Source: Nemertoderma westbladi
Taxonomy: Eukaryota; Animalia; Xenacoelomorpha
Length of the DNA stretch: 64,000 nucleotides
Assembly (NCBI GenBank): GCA_032718475.1
Contig: JAUCBJ010002801.1
Coordinates: 7,156-71,155 of the forward strand
Direction: 5' to 3'
Part shown: positions 1 to 13,360 of the stretch, one piece after another
Layout of the letters: every line of letters begins with the position of its first letter
Numbering within the stretch: the stretch's first letter is position 1
Translations under genes and position numbers: made by a program
Notes under the pieces: model-generated
Databases searched by the model: none
Told to the model about the DNA's origin: nothing
What the model saw: the letters and a program-made list of their open reading frames with translations, nothing else

Positions 1-959
1 TCCCATTCGAACTCCCGAGTTTGGAACTGTAGTGAAACGGTGCGGTATCCGTAGGTCCGATGGAAGTTTTGTTGGCAGCGATGAGGGGTGGGCCATCGCG
101 ATTCGCGCGAGTCTCGCAAGTCGTTGCCGGAATCACACTGACCTCGGCCCCGGTGTCCACTAAGAATCATTGCTCGGAAGCGCGATCCAAGGCAAAAGGC
201 AGCAGATTGGGGTGGGCGGCCGTGTGGCAGCTGCTACTGATGGCTGGCCGGAGCATTTCCCGGGAAAGTGCAGGGTGGGCGGCACTTCATAGCATTGGTA
301 CCGAAGGTTCGATGGTAGTAACACCACTCGTCCTGTGCAGTCACGGTTGAGGGTGATGAGTTCGTTGGCTTGGAGGCAGGGGTTCAAGTTGAGGTAGTCT
401 TTCCGGTTTTTGGAACCATTTTCAGCCCAACAACTGCTGGTTTCGTAGCAGCGTGAGCGGAGAACGAGTTCTGCCGTGAGGTCTCCCAAAGCGTGTCAGC
501 CCGGTCCGCGACTCGGTCGAGTTCGCAAAAGTCCTCCTTGGCTAGTTGAAGGCGGATGTTGGCGGGCATCTGCCGGAGGAACGCTTCCTCAAACAGCAGG
601 CAGCTGTAGTTGTCGCCAAGTAGTGCCTGCATCTCACTGAGAAGTTGCGAGGGATGGCAGTCACCAAGGCCGTTCAAATCCTAGAGCCGGGCAGCGCAGT
701 CATGGCGAGAAAGTCCGTAGGTCTTTAACAGCTTCGCCCTGATCGTGGTATACTGTTCGGTGGTGGGTGGGTTTCGAATAAGGTTGAGGAGTCGGCTGGC
801 GGTGTCCTGGTCGAGGGCCCCCACCATGTAGTAATAATTAGTTTCCTCAGCCGTTATCCCCCAGAGGATGAACTGGGCCTCGGCCTGCGCGAACCACACC
901 TCCAGCTGTGTGGTCCAGAAGGTCGGCAGTTTGAGTGAAACTGCGTTGGCTTCAGCCAT
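1..959 (-). pseudogene. Gypsy gag-protease with stops/frameshifts
   Basis: ORF pieces 681-959 and 384-677 are consecutive gag segments; the aspartic protease DTG motif follows downstream, preceded by a stop. Confidence 0.8.
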
Positions 960-1030
960 TGCCTTGCAGCACTTGGAAGGTAGAAGTTGTGCAGTGTTCT
1001 AGGGCTAACTTTAAAAAACGTTCAAAGTCA

Positions 1031-1041
1031 CTGGGTCACCA
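1031..1041 (-). promoter_or_regulatory. tRNA primer-binding site (TGGTGACCCAG, resembles the tRNA-Trp 3'-end complement)
   Basis: Begins with TGG (CCA complement), 1 nt after the LTR end TGCAACA. Confidence 0.7.
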
Positions 1042-1042
1042 T

Positions 1043-1218
1043 TGTTGCATCTGGTTGTTGCGACTCAATAATAATGAAACACTACAGACAGAATGATACC
1101 CTGTACCCTAGGCCTACCTAAGTCCCAGTGGTTGCTAAGCAACCATATAAACATTTTAACCGTTTTATCTAATTTTCGAGTCTGTGTAGATTGCAGAATG
1201 TAATATGTGGCCGCCACA
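1043..1218 (-). repeat. Putative 5' LTR of the Gypsy element (~176 bp)
   Basis: On the minus strand it starts TGTGGCGG and ends TGCAACA next to the PBS. The second LTR is not in the window, so the outer boundary is inferred. Confidence 0.55.
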
Positions 1219-1319
1219 ATAACCACATTGTGTTAATTAGTGTAAACCACTGCAGTTGGCCGCTGCTTATGTCCAACAGAATGGTAAAGTCAACTAATAG
1301 TTGAACCATTCCATGTACT

Positions 1320-1850
1320 GAGGTGCAAAAATCGCAACGCGTTGTGCGCGTATTTGAAATAGTGCGCGGTAAAAGCGCGCGGAATTGAAATAAAAGTGCG
1401 CGAAATTATGTGAAAGACAACAAAAGTCCGCAGTAATCTGTGGCTGTGCAAAAGATCAAAAGTCATAAAGTGCGCGTACAGGCTGACAGGACAGGTGGAT
1501 GAGGTGTAAAAAAGTTTATGTGCATGCAAAGTGCTGAAGTGAGAAAAGTAATTTGCCACAAAAAATTTCGCACGCTTCGCTCGCGTTTCTTTGCATTTCA
1601 GCATTTAGCATTGTCAGATTCTTCAAAATGTCTAAATTTCCCTCACTTTGAGTTTTGCTCGCGCTTCTTTTTCTTTTTGCATTGTTAATGAAAAAATTTT
1701 GCTCGCTTCGCTCGCGTCTGTTTTTAGTTTACATTGTTAAAATGTGGTGTGCGCGTTTTTTTCGGTGCATGCGCGCGCGGTATATTGTCCAATATTGCGC
1801 GGCTGAAAAATTGTGCGCAGGCGTTGTGCGCGGTTCAGTGGTGGTTTGCA
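1320..1850. repeat. Unclassified repeat with recurring GCGCG / CGCTTCGCTCGCG motifs
   Basis: AAAAATTT-n-CGCTTCGCTCGCGT occurs at ~1561 and ~1692; many TGTGCGC motifs; no credible ORF. Confidence 0.35.
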
Positions 1851-2527
1851 GCCTGGTTGAGAAGTATAATTCCAGTGCCAGTCCAGTTTCCAGTCCATCA
1901 TAACATTGCTTCATTTGAATATTATTCTAATCAGGCCTACAGTAGATACATAAGCTTTGTGACTTAAAAAAAGATAATAGTAGGCCAACTGTCCAAAATA
2001 ATAATCCAAATATGATTTGTCAACTCCTACCTAACTCGGAATTCCCCTGCCCTAGTTTCTAAGGGATTCGAATTTGTTAGCTATCTATAAATTAATTTTT
2101 AAACATTCTGACATTATTATATTGTTCAAAATATAAGATTAAAAAATAAGATTGTAATTGATTGGAAATAAATGATATTCCGAAGCATTTTTAATTTACT
2201 GGGCCATAAGATATTGACTTGAAATTCAGAAATTTTGATAGTAAATTTGTTCAAAAATTTTTAAATTTTTTTCAAAAATTTTTTTTCTAACATTAGTTTT
2301 TACTTTTTTCAGAACATGCTATATCCCTTTTTGGTCGGTTTCTATATGAACTGGCCACATATGGTTTAATTTTGTAAATTCGATCTACTTTTGGGGGTTT
2401 AAATTATTGTTTAGGTGATAAATTCTATTTCCATTGCATCTCAGGTTTTTAGTGAGTCAAAAATCTTCGGAATTTTTCAGAATCTTCCGGAAACCTATAC
2501 TAGTTTCCGGGTTTCCGGGTTTCCAGG

Positions 2528-4992
2528 TCAGTAGTTCCATAGACCAGACAGTTTCGTACAAAGCATTGTTCTATTTATAGAGTCAAATGCCTTTCGGAAG
2601 TCGACAAACACGCAATATGCGTGTCCGCCGGGAAGTTGGATAGCGTCATGGATGTAGTCGTATATTGCTTTCACAGCCATAAGAGTAGATCGCAATTTAC
2701 AGAAGCCAAACTGTTCCGGGGGTAGAATATTGTGCGACTCAGCCCATTTATATAAACGCGTTGCGAGAATCGATGTGTATGTCTTTAGGAGGCAGGATAA
2801 TAGCGCTATGCCACGATAACAGTCTGGTGCAGTTCGACTGCCTTTACCTTTATAGAGAGGCAAGAGATATGAGGTGAGCCATGTTATGGGACATAACCCC
2901 ATGGAAAGGCAGGTTGTGAATAAAATAAGTAAATATGGCAGCAGATGTCAAATCCTGGACTTCAATACGTCGTTTGTGATGCCATCCGGGCACGTGGCTT
3001 TCCGGGGTTTATTCGAGTTTACAGCTGCAGTGACTTCCGCTGCATCGATTGGGTAGTCTAGTGCCCTAGTGGGAAGCTAGAGTTCTCTGGTATATTAGGC
3101 ATCTGTGTGTCGGTATCGGTTGTTAATAAAGTAGTGAAATGGTTGGCCCAGATTTCCTCTGGAACTTGCTGCGCGACTGGTTGCGAGTTATGCTTGCTCC
3201 TAATATGTTCCAAAACGAAGATTTATCTTTCTCGCACCGATCTAAAAATAAATGTTCCTCCTTTGATTTAAAGATGTTTCGTTTATCCTTAATTAATTGT
3301 TTGTATTTTCGCTGACTAAGTTTGTATTGTTCGCGGCTCTGTTCATTTGGGTTTGCTTTCATCTCGTTAAATTGTGCAGACATTTTGTGGCGGACGGCAT
3401 GACAGCTGGAATCAAACCATGGTTTAGATTGCCGAGTTCTGGGTACGATTACAGAGTTTGTGATTGCCGTTGTGATGTAGGTACAGGCTGGATCAATTCC
3501 CAAGCCGAGTAAAGTTTCAAATTCGTCCATGTTCAACAACACAACAGGTCATTTAACTTATCAGTATCGATTCTTCGAATAGGTTTATTTCGTAGTTTTC
3601 TGTTAGGACTTAAATCTGTTAACGATAGATTGACAGAAACTCGTTGATGTTTTGTATTCATCGTCAGTAGCACATTTATTGATGCGTGGTCCGTTAGCTT
3701 AGCGTCGGTAAACACAAGGTCGATACAGCTTTCCCCGTTCCAGCAGTGGTACGTAGGTGTATCGGGATCATTAAGGCAGTTTAGTCCTGCACCAAGCAAG
3801 CCGCAGCTTAGCAGGTCCCCGCGGTTGTGATTTTTATCCAATCTGCAATTAAAATCTCCAGCAAGTAGGATTGGGTTGTTACTTTTCAGGTGGATCAGGT
3901 TTATTGTAGATATTAGTTCTATAAGGATGTCAGCAACATCAGTCGCTGGTATAAAGTATCCAGCAACAATCACCAATTCATTGGTGCTAATTGCAAGTAA
4001 ATTTTCACTTTTATAAACAACAGTTTGGGATGTGTGGAGTCTAGCATTTAACGCCACAGATACACTGTATGTCACCTTTAGGGCGGCCTAAGTCTCCCTT
4101 GGAACATGGTATGTTGTGGCAGGTGAAACCAGGTATCATTAAATCCGTTACCATAGTCTCACTGAGGAGGAGCAAGTCCGTGGTCTCGAAAGTAGTATCA
4201 AGGGTGGTTTCCATGGTAGATTTAATACCCTCAACATTCCAGAGTATCGCATTCAACTGGTGTGAGTTCCCATTATTCTCCGATTGCGGTGTGCTGGCAA
4301 CCATTGTGAATGGTAGTTCCGCAAGCAAACCTATGTTGCATGCAGATTGGAAGCGAGAGCATACTGTAGTTTCTGGTGACGTAACAGACTTCCAGCATAG
4401 CGGTATGGTTTAGAGCAGCCCGTACATCTTAAAGTGGGTGTTGGAGATGTGCGCTTACATTGCGGATGAGTCGTATTGTTTGCGCGGTTGGGTTGTCACA
4501 AGTTCCCGGTGTCCATACAGTTGCCGGCCCCGGTTGGTGGTACATCAAGCGCTACCCCTTGTCCTTGTGTTATCCCCCGGTGCAGCACCTTATGCGGTCT
4601 AAGATTGGGTGCAGCGCGCTCAGCATCGTTCAATCGATAGTTCCGGATAACAACGCCATTTGGCCAGTTCTCTGGATTCATTACGTTTTCTCTATCCCCC
4701 TGATTGCAGGTTATATGGAATGATCGAGTTGGGTTATCGGTGTCATAGAGGGTGGATTGAGGTCATGGAGTTACATCAAGGCAAGGTAACTGCTCTCGTC
4801 CAACATAGCTTTTAATATCGTCCCGTGTGACCCTTTCTTTAAATCGACCCACATATACATGGGCGAGTTGAGTTTCTTTGCGTATTTGAGACGGAGCCGC
4901 ATCTAGGCCAGTTTCCGCCTTTTTTCCGACTACCGGAGCAGCCCGATTGTACCTCCGTCGCTTTGTCATCGTGTGCCAGTTCTCGTTGCCAG
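2528..4992 (-). mobile_element. Degenerate LINE (APE endonuclease + RT N-terminus, ORF1 C-terminus), 3'-truncated and cut at its 5' side by BEL-1
   Basis: ORF1 RRM-like VYVGRF...NPENWPNGVVIRNY. APE motifs WNVEG, LSET, AGDFN, PTY..SCIDLVF. RT motifs YRGIALLS, QFGF, VDFRKAFDS. Several frameshifts. Confidence 0.85.
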
Positions 4993-6235
4993 TGTTCGCG
5001 CTTTTAAGACCTTTGGCAGTTTAACCCGCCAAATCTATATGTCTTCTAGGTTATAAATCTACTCCAGCCTATGACAAGTATTGAACACCTATAATAATTC
5101 TAACATTAGCCAAAGCCAGTCTGTGCGCGACCATTCACCCGCTGGATATACCCGGGAGACTGGATTTGGATGCTTTAATTTGATTGCGGTGCAGGCCTAC
5201 CGTACTATTCGATTGATCGTTAATATATAATCTCTGACGAATATTATTCACTTTCGGGAAATATTAGCAGTTCCTTTAGGACGTGGCGCTCTATCTATTT
5301 AAACAGAGCTATGACTTACACTATACACAACAGTATGTCTTATAGATCACCAAAGTGCATTCTTTAGGAAATGCTTTGTTACTCGGTCAAGCACACACAG
5401 ACTATTGCATACAACTGCACACTGAATTGCCGACATTCACTGATTTTAATCATATATAAAGAGAATAACAACCGACATTTGTAGGGCCTATTAAGTAGCA
5501 TTGAACTCACTACAAACCACGATAATGTATGTCGCAAATTGTTATATGTAACCGGTCTCTCTAACCTTAGTGTATCAAGAAGATTGGGTTTTCGGATTGT
5601 TCAATATTCTTCCCAATAATAATATGTAAACGAACGATACAATTAACAACACAGTAAATAGCAGTAAATAATGCGGCGAAAAGCAGTTTACGTCAGGGTG
5701 AGCTTTTACAGATGCCGAGTTGACCAAGTTAACCGAGACCGAGACCGAGACCGAGTTAACAGTTTGATGATCTTATAATTAAAGACGCTCTAATGTCAGA
5801 AAACATTCCCCGGCCGGTGTTCTAGGCGTGGGGGAAACATCAGTACTGAATCCTGTAATTCTGCTGTACAGCTTTTACACAAAGAGGGAATCTCTGATTG
5901 GTCGAATGGCCAAAGGCTCCACGTGGACACAGCTGATAGATGTCGTCATTTTGAGCTGAGCAGAACAAAGAACCAAGGCAAGGCTCCGGGCAAGCTACAC
6001 GTGTAAAGCTCAGCCGTTAGCTGTCGTCATAGTAACGACACTGTTTCAAGAGGATCTAGGGCGTTGCGTCATAGAATTGCTACTTATGTCCTCTAAAGTA
6101 CACATACAGAAGAAATAGCTTTTATGTCCCCTAAAAACACCGGTACAGCAATGACACGGCCTTTTATGCCTGCTAAACCAACTACAGAGTACTTTACGGG
6201 GAAAATAACCGGGCAATTCTGCAAAAGCTTTTACA
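4993..6235 (-). repeat. BEL-1 3' LTR (1243 bp, TGTAAAA...GCGAACA)
   Basis: 4993-6140 matches 15541-16690 with only a handful of differences; TG/CA termini; PPT adjacent. Confidence 0.93.
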
Positions 6236-6243
6236 CCGCTCCC
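6236..6243 (-). promoter_or_regulatory. Polypurine tract GGGAGCGG
   Basis: Immediately precedes the 3' LTR start; identical at 53373-53380 in BEL-3. Confidence 0.75.
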
Positions 6244-6312
6244 AGAAAATGGGATTTTAGTCTATAAAATATACAAATCACAGTTTCTAAAATATAAAGA
6301 TACTCTAAACAG

Positions 6313-7604
6313 TTAGTTTTTCTTGCGCGGACGGCGTTTACGCAGTTTCTTGAGACTAGCAAGAGTCCTTTTCTCTTTGGGGCGAGCCACTTTACTAGGA
6401 GGGCTATAACTCCTGGGTGAAGGGTGCAATACAATTGCATCAGAAGTATTGGATTTAGTGTTACGATCAGTGTCTCGTCCATTTCGATCTGCTTCTCCTC
6501 GAGCTGATTTTCCTCCGCTTGTCGTTGGACACGCTCGTCCAAAACTCTCGCAGAGAATAGGGTTGTCTAAGCTCGATATCTTCTTAGAGATTCAAGATTT
6601 CCCAATCGAACTGAGATAAAGCCAATTCGTTTACCGCTTGGACTTGCTGTTATAACTTACGTTTATCTGAACAAATGCAGGTTTCCTTTCTGATCTTTGT
6701 AGAATAGCGTTTAACTCGTTTCGTACAACGCTCTCCTTCACTTTGGTGAAGGGTTGTATCGCGTTAAACTGGGACGACCATAAGGTTGGATGGTGATATT
6801 AGGTTTCCGCGTCCCAATCCGGCTAGGTAAGATGGGCGGCTAGCTAGAAATCACTGTCGGAGTGTTACCGATTAATTGTTAGGGTAGCAATAGATCTTTG
6901 AACAGTGAATACAGCTCGTGAGGATCCGGGATATCATCAGAATCGAAAGTCTGAGGTCTAATCAAGGAACGAGGTGGTCTGACCGAGTATTCCGGAACTA
7001 TGATCGTAGGTTTACTCAAGGATCGTCTGAGTCGAGCGAGTGTAGGTGATATGTCGAACAAGTTTCGGTTTCCGTGGATGTTTATGTCTTTCCGTTTATT
7101 AGTTGGGTCTAGGGCATTTATCGTAATAATACCAAAGACGCACGTCTGGTAGGGGAAACGCGGATGATATTTATTTGTTGTTACAATGCTTCTATCAAGA
7201 ATTCCAAATATACGTTAGAGTTACCGCGTCCATTTGTCTCTCTAATGTCTTTTCTTTCTAGTCGATTTCGAATAGAATTTTCGCATTCGAATTTCAGTTT
7301 ATCGTTCCGACTCCGCTGGGTAGGATATATGTTCGACATAGTCCGTATCGTGTGAATCGATAGAATGGCCAATGGTTAAGAAGTCCATATACGTACTATT
7401 ACGATGCGTGTAGCGAGCGGTGAATTTTCCATAGTCCAATTCACGCGTAAGTTGCTTCGAGGAAATCGTCGGTTCGATATAACGACCATCGTCCTCCGTA
7501 GTAGTTGGACTAGCGTCGCCGCGTATCAAACTATCAACAAACACTTGTAAAGGTAGAGTATATCGCTCCCCGATACCAAGACCATCTTCTATCAACTCCG
7601 TTAT
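6313..7604 (-). pseudogene. Deleted/degenerate relic of accessory ORFs A and B
   Basis: Fragments (IEDGLGIGERYTLPLQ, FDISPTLARL) match BEL-2 36853-38220; the exonuclease part is absent. Confidence 0.85.
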
Positions 7605-9254
7605 ATCTGCTATATATGAGTTTATTAATATTATAATGAGCTTATAATTAGGCTAGCGAGCGTCGCTGCCTACCCCAATCAGCCCCCGGACAGTGTACGA
7701 TCCTCAGCGCAAATGTATCGTCGTCGCTGTGTTTTCCGCCAACGTGTAGCTACACAACGACAACGACACTAGCACGAGTCACTCCACTGTCCGTCCCAAA
7801 GGCTTAGATACACTTCAGGTTCTTACTGGAGAGTTAGGGTTACTTTCACAATTGCGACTCGCTACTGTAAACACACCTTAGTAGTAACATTCGCCTATAA
7901 ACTCACAAATTCCACACACACAACTGTCACAAATTACACACACTCGGGCCATTTGTCCGTTAGTCAGTGCCTTCCAGAATGCCACGTTATTATTATGTAT
8001 CCTTGGATACTAGCAGTGCGCTATTTATTTCTTACTATGCAATGGGGCAAGCTTTCTATTGTTCTTTTTAACTTGCTTCTAATTCTAGCGTGGGTGTTAC
8101 TATGGTGACATTATGGAAAGCTAGCGGTAGAATTAGGGTAATTCCAATGCATACAGATCTGGGATGCTATTTAATAGTAATTCTTTAATGGTCCAATATC
8201 TCGTTTATATATGATTTTATAAATTTTATCGGCTATTGACTCATACATGGGAGATTCTCACACTCTAACACACTTAATAGGATGAATCTCCACTCCCGTG
8301 ATCTATTAATTAATGGGATTTTGGGAATGTTATAAATTGCACAGAATGACAATTTATTAAATTCATTAAAATATGAATTCAAATTTATTCCCTGAAATTT
8401 TATTATTTGATAGTGCAATTGACACAATTTGATTCCAGAGCAGGTCTGGGGACATAGGATCCTTAATTCTATGAAAATTGTCTTTTAAGAGTATCGGTAA
8501 CTGCTACGATATCTTAATCGACTAGAATTGTTAAAGGATCTGAATTTTACAGATTTTGATTTATAGATTTATAAATATTAAATAATTAATATTTGAGATG
8601 GGCACCAATTTATTCCAGAACTTGTCTGGGGACGTTAACCACTGATTCTAGAATTTGTCTTTCAAGTATATCGGTGGGTGCCGCGATATCTTAATCGACT
8701 AGAATTACAGATGGTCAAAAGGTTTAACAGATTTATTTGCGTTTCACGCTACTGTTAGAGGGACATCACGCTACTATATGTATTATTATATATGGTATGA
8801 GAGCAATATCGCACGAAGCAATGTCAGTGTGAAGAGGCAAGTCGTTTCCAAGGTCTACCCAGAGCTTGGTTTAGCCGAGACACGAGGATCTGAACTTTGC
8901 ATTCCTAATACTCTGCCTACCAATAATACTTGAATGTAGTAGTGGCTTTATTGTACTTTAATAAGTACGGACATTTCATCTTACTGTAGTCACGTATTTA
9001 TAATATGATACGGACAGTAAGGAAAGAGAAAAAATAATTATTTCTCGCCGTCGCACTAAATATATATTATAAGTAATTACGTACGTAATAAACACTAATA
9101 TATTGCACTAATCTACTAAATAATCACTAAAATAACATTCTACTAAATAAAATTAAAGAAAACGATTATAATAAAATTACATAATAATACATACATAAAT
9201 ATAAAATAAAAACAAATATAAAATGATATAGTCACACGCCCACTCCATATGTTA

Positions 9255-12200
9255 TTACGTTATGGAGTCCCTAGATATTTGTCGGATTAGGGAAGTGGTC
9301 GTAGGAAGAGTATCTTGCCTTCCATAGTTTCCGGACAGTTTTCGGTCTCTTTCCAGTAAACATAAAAGACCAGCTGGGCGATTGAGTTGTTGTGTTACTT
9401 TCTCCGCTCCCTTGGCCTGTCTAATCCCCGCCGTGGTAAGATGAGGAGGCCATTCTTCTTCTTCTTTACTTAAGAAGTCGGATCCACCTAACCAGCCTGG
9501 AGTATCTATCAGTTCTTGAGGAGTTGCTCCTCTGGAAGCAATGTCGGCTGGATTAATCGTCCCAAGGCAATGTCTCCATTGATCTATAGTGGAGTTAATA
9601 TCGTCATTATCTGAGGAGTATGGTGTTCCCTCAGTTGGGTCGTCCACCTCACTGCTCTCCACTTCCCATTCCTTTACTTGGTATACCTGTTCTTGAGGTA
9701 ATCTCTCTTTGAGAGTTCTACGGGAAGGGCCAGTGAAGTACCAACCTACTCTAGTTCTTACCGCATAGGTTTGTAGTGGCTGTGGTTGATCAGGCCGTTT
9801 CTCCAATGTCTCTAGCGCCTCATGCGCGTTTTGGCCGATGAGTATTTGCACTCCAGGATAATCTGTGTGGAATCGAGGTATCTTAAGCTGCTGGATGCTC
9901 TCGTCCTCGTCCCAGTTATAAGGTTCTACTTGGGTAGTAGCGAAGTTCTTTATATAGCCACCATTTTTACTGACCTTATACTTTGTTCTCCTAATTTATC
10001 CTGGGGGGTGGACAACACACCTACATAGTAATCTGCCGTTATGGTAGATTTCACCTGCATAATTCCTGACATATTCAACTTAGTTCGGAATTTGGGTTGT
10101 CCAGCAAAGATGTCTTCAGCTAGTTCTTGATCGATGAATGTTCCTGTGCTGCCGGAGTCAAGGAGGGCTTTCACTATGTAACCTTTGTTAGGACCGTGAA
10201 CTCTTACCTGCACTACAGGAAATTCTCTGATTCCTACGTTGGAAGTTGGAGGTTTCCAAGATGGTTGTCTGTCAAAGGTAGTTGGGGGGAACTCATTGTC
10301 GGTGTCCTTTTCATACGTAAGTGCTCGATACACTGCGGTATTTATTAGGTAACAGGATTCGTTGGCGTCGGAGAATTCGTCCGTATAGAATCCTTCCATC
10401 TCAGATTCTTGATCAGTGTCATTTACATCACTGAATTGGACATGTAGTTCGGGCTCACTTACCTGACTCGGGTTGTTTCGTTCGAATTCACTGTGTAACA
10501 AGATGTGATGTTTTGCACCGCACTTTGCACACCTTACGTCGGAGTAACAGGTTCGCCATTGGTGTCCTTGTCTGAGGCAATTATAGCATAACCGCTTATC
10601 CCACATGACTTCACGTCTGTCTACCAGGGATTTCTTTAGGAATTCAGCACACACACTCAAACGGTGGGGCCCGTCGCACAGCGCACATTTTGGTTTGATG
10701 TTACTCACTTTACCTTGGGTAACGTTATGCACTCTCGTTCTTTCTTCGGGCTTTCTTCCGTGAATTCTCTTAGGAGACGTAGGAGGAGTTGTTGTTACCT
10801 GTTCTCTCCTGTCACTGGTTCGAGACTTATATTTACTTACGTCTTTATAGGTCTTGTTGTCATAGTAGGATTTTGCTGTGTCTTTCCCGCTGTCCTCTTC
10901 CTGAGAGACTTGGCTTTCGCCGTCGTCAGTATAACACACTGGTGTTACCCTTCTCCTAGAAACGGGTTTCTCACTTACCTTATTTTCCGATATTTTCTCT
11001 CTGGACTGCTTTATGAGTTGTAATTTTACTTCACTATCTAAGAAGGACATGAGATCAGCCATGGTAGGGTCTCGTTGTTGTTGTTCCATCATATATAACA
11101 CTTTCTTGTCCCAGCGTGTACCTACTCCACCCTTTGGTAAAGTAGATGCTAAGGCTCCTACAACCATAGAGTTCTGGTATTCATGAGACTTACCTAACCA
11201 ATCTAGTTGTCTACAGATCTCCTGAATCTCATCGGAAAATTCTATAATCCCGCTGCTAAGAAACTTTCGGGGCGCCATTAATTTCGCATATAAATACCTA
11301 GCTATGTTAGTCCTATTACCATACCTGATGTTTAATGTATCCCAAACTTGTCTTAATCCATCTGGATGTCCAATAAACTTTAACGCCATTAACTTGGGAG
11401 GTCCTTCCAAGCACTTGATGAGGAATCTAAGTTTCTCTCCGTTAGATAGTACAGAGTTCTGTATGCTATCTTTGTAATATTCATTGAAAGGTAACCATTT
11501 CATCTCATCTCCATTGAATTTGACGATTTCTCCCACTTTGACCGCTTGGCGGGCTTCTGTTCTAGCCATCTGACGCGTAAAGCTTTCTTGGGCCATCGTG
11601 TTATTTAATATCGAATTATCGGTATATAAATTTCTCGGATTATTATCAGGTCTATAGGGAATATCATTAACAACAGGTTTATAATCACCCTTAATAGGGT
11701 TTGCTATAGGAGTTTCTACTTCACTAGCAGTATAGATGCGTGTAGGCTCCACACCTTGCGCATGTAATACTTCAGACCTAACAGGTTGACACAATGTTAC
11801 AGGGGGTATTGGTATACCCTTTTGTATATTGACTAATTTGTCGCGTTCCAGCGCGATGCTTTGCTGCACTTCTTGCAATTCTACCCTACTTTCCCTTACT
11901 GTTCCCTTGAGTTGGTGGACAGTCCCTTCTAAATCCCGGATCTGCTGTGAGGAACATTCTCGGTGCTCTCTCAGCTGCCCGAGCAAGAGACCCATCTCCC
12001 GCCGTCCCTCATCAACCCACTCGACCGCCGAAGCGGGAGTCGCCAACGTAGTAGCGGGCCGACGTGAGACGACGGGAGACAAATCTTGGATTTCTCTCTC
12101 AGCGTCAAGAACCGGGACATTCTCTGGGACTGCTCCACCGGGTGCAAACAGTTTCGTACTGTGTAAAGGGAATTTGGTTGTAGGTTCGGGGAGTACAGGG

Positions 12201-13360
12201 GCCTCTCTCACCGAAGGGGTGTTTTCGAGAACAGGCTTAACTATTTCAGGCTCATCTACTATCGTAGGGAGTCTTTTGACCTTAATAATTTGGTCTGTGG
12301 GTTCTGTACTACCTAAGTCTGTGCTAGCTAGTTGTCTTCTAACAGCTGGGGGCAAATCAGGCAATTTTTGACGGTGAGATGTTTTTCTACGCCTGCTTAG
12401 ACGAGATCTATTTCCTCCGCCTTCAGGATCGGTGGTCTCGCCTTCCTCCGATGATGTGTATTCTTGGCGCTTGGGAGTAGATCGACTCATCATCTGCATT
12501 TGACTAGCAGTTAACTGTTTATTTATGCAGTCTTGCGTCTCTTGAAGATTTTCCAACTTCAGTTGGGTGGTCTCTTCAGACGCTCTCTGTTCTGCTTCTG
12601 CCAATGCTATTGCTGCTGCTGCTTTTGCTGCTTCCACTGCCGCTGCCGCTTTTGCCGCTGCTAATGCCTTTCTGTCCTCTATCGCTTTTTTCTTTACTTG
12701 TTCTTCTTGGACTCTAGCGAGGCGGAGTTTTTCATCAAATTTAGCTTGGTTTGCAGCTAACATTTCCGCATCGATTGCGTCTAACACAAGCTTGGTTCCT
12801 TCACTATTAGGGCGAAGTCCAGACAGTCGTCTCCTCAACTCTTCGTCTCCTAGGAATCGCTGATAGTCTGACAGATAGATGTCAATGGCGTCTCTAGTTC
12901 GCGGCTTCTCTGCTGCTGTTAATTCGCTTTCCACTTCGCTTTCCACTTGAGAAGAAGTGGCGTCGGTTGATTCTTCATAGGTTGGCCGCTCATCATAAAC
13001 CGTATCCGCCATCTTCGCTCCGCGTTCGGGCGTCCGCTCAACAGTATCCGAACTACTGGAGCTATTGGGCCGCTGAGAACTAGGTTCTTGGCTAGGAGGT
13101 TGCTGCTGTTTGATAGCTGCTTCTTGATCCCGCTTGACTTGGGCCCGAGTGCCTATGGCAGACCAACGGCGCTTCACTAACTTCGCAAATTGCGAAATCG
13201 CTTCTACCAACCTAGGTTCTGACACAACCACTGCAGGGGTTGCCCTTCTTACAGTATGAGGTGTTTCAGACCTCGGTCTGGGATTCTCTACACTTTGATC
13301 TGAGAAACAGGTTGTTGTTTCTAGGAGACTATCTGACAGAGTTTGCCTTGTGTCAGCCAT
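9255..13360 (-). CDS. BEL Gag-protease (1136 aa open), then a frameshifted, internally deleted pol remnant
   Basis: KFNGDEMKW..F gag core, CALCDGPH/CYNCLRQGH/CAKCGAKHH knuckles and ALLDSGSTGTFI. Frameshift at ~9950. The remnant joins DNDDI to DQWRHC..NPADIASRG and then to the integrase tail. Confidence 0.88.

Larger units (their letters stand above)
1..1218 (-). mobile_element. Ty3/Gypsy LTR retrotransposon, 5' part (LTR, PBS, degenerate gag-protease), continuing off the left edge
   Basis: Gag start MAEANAVSLKLPTFWTTQLEVWFAQAEAQF is typical of Gypsy gag. Protease motif FLVDTGAEVSVIP lies at ~125-165 on the minus strand. TGGTGACCC PBS sits next to a TG...CA LTR candidate. Confidence 0.85.
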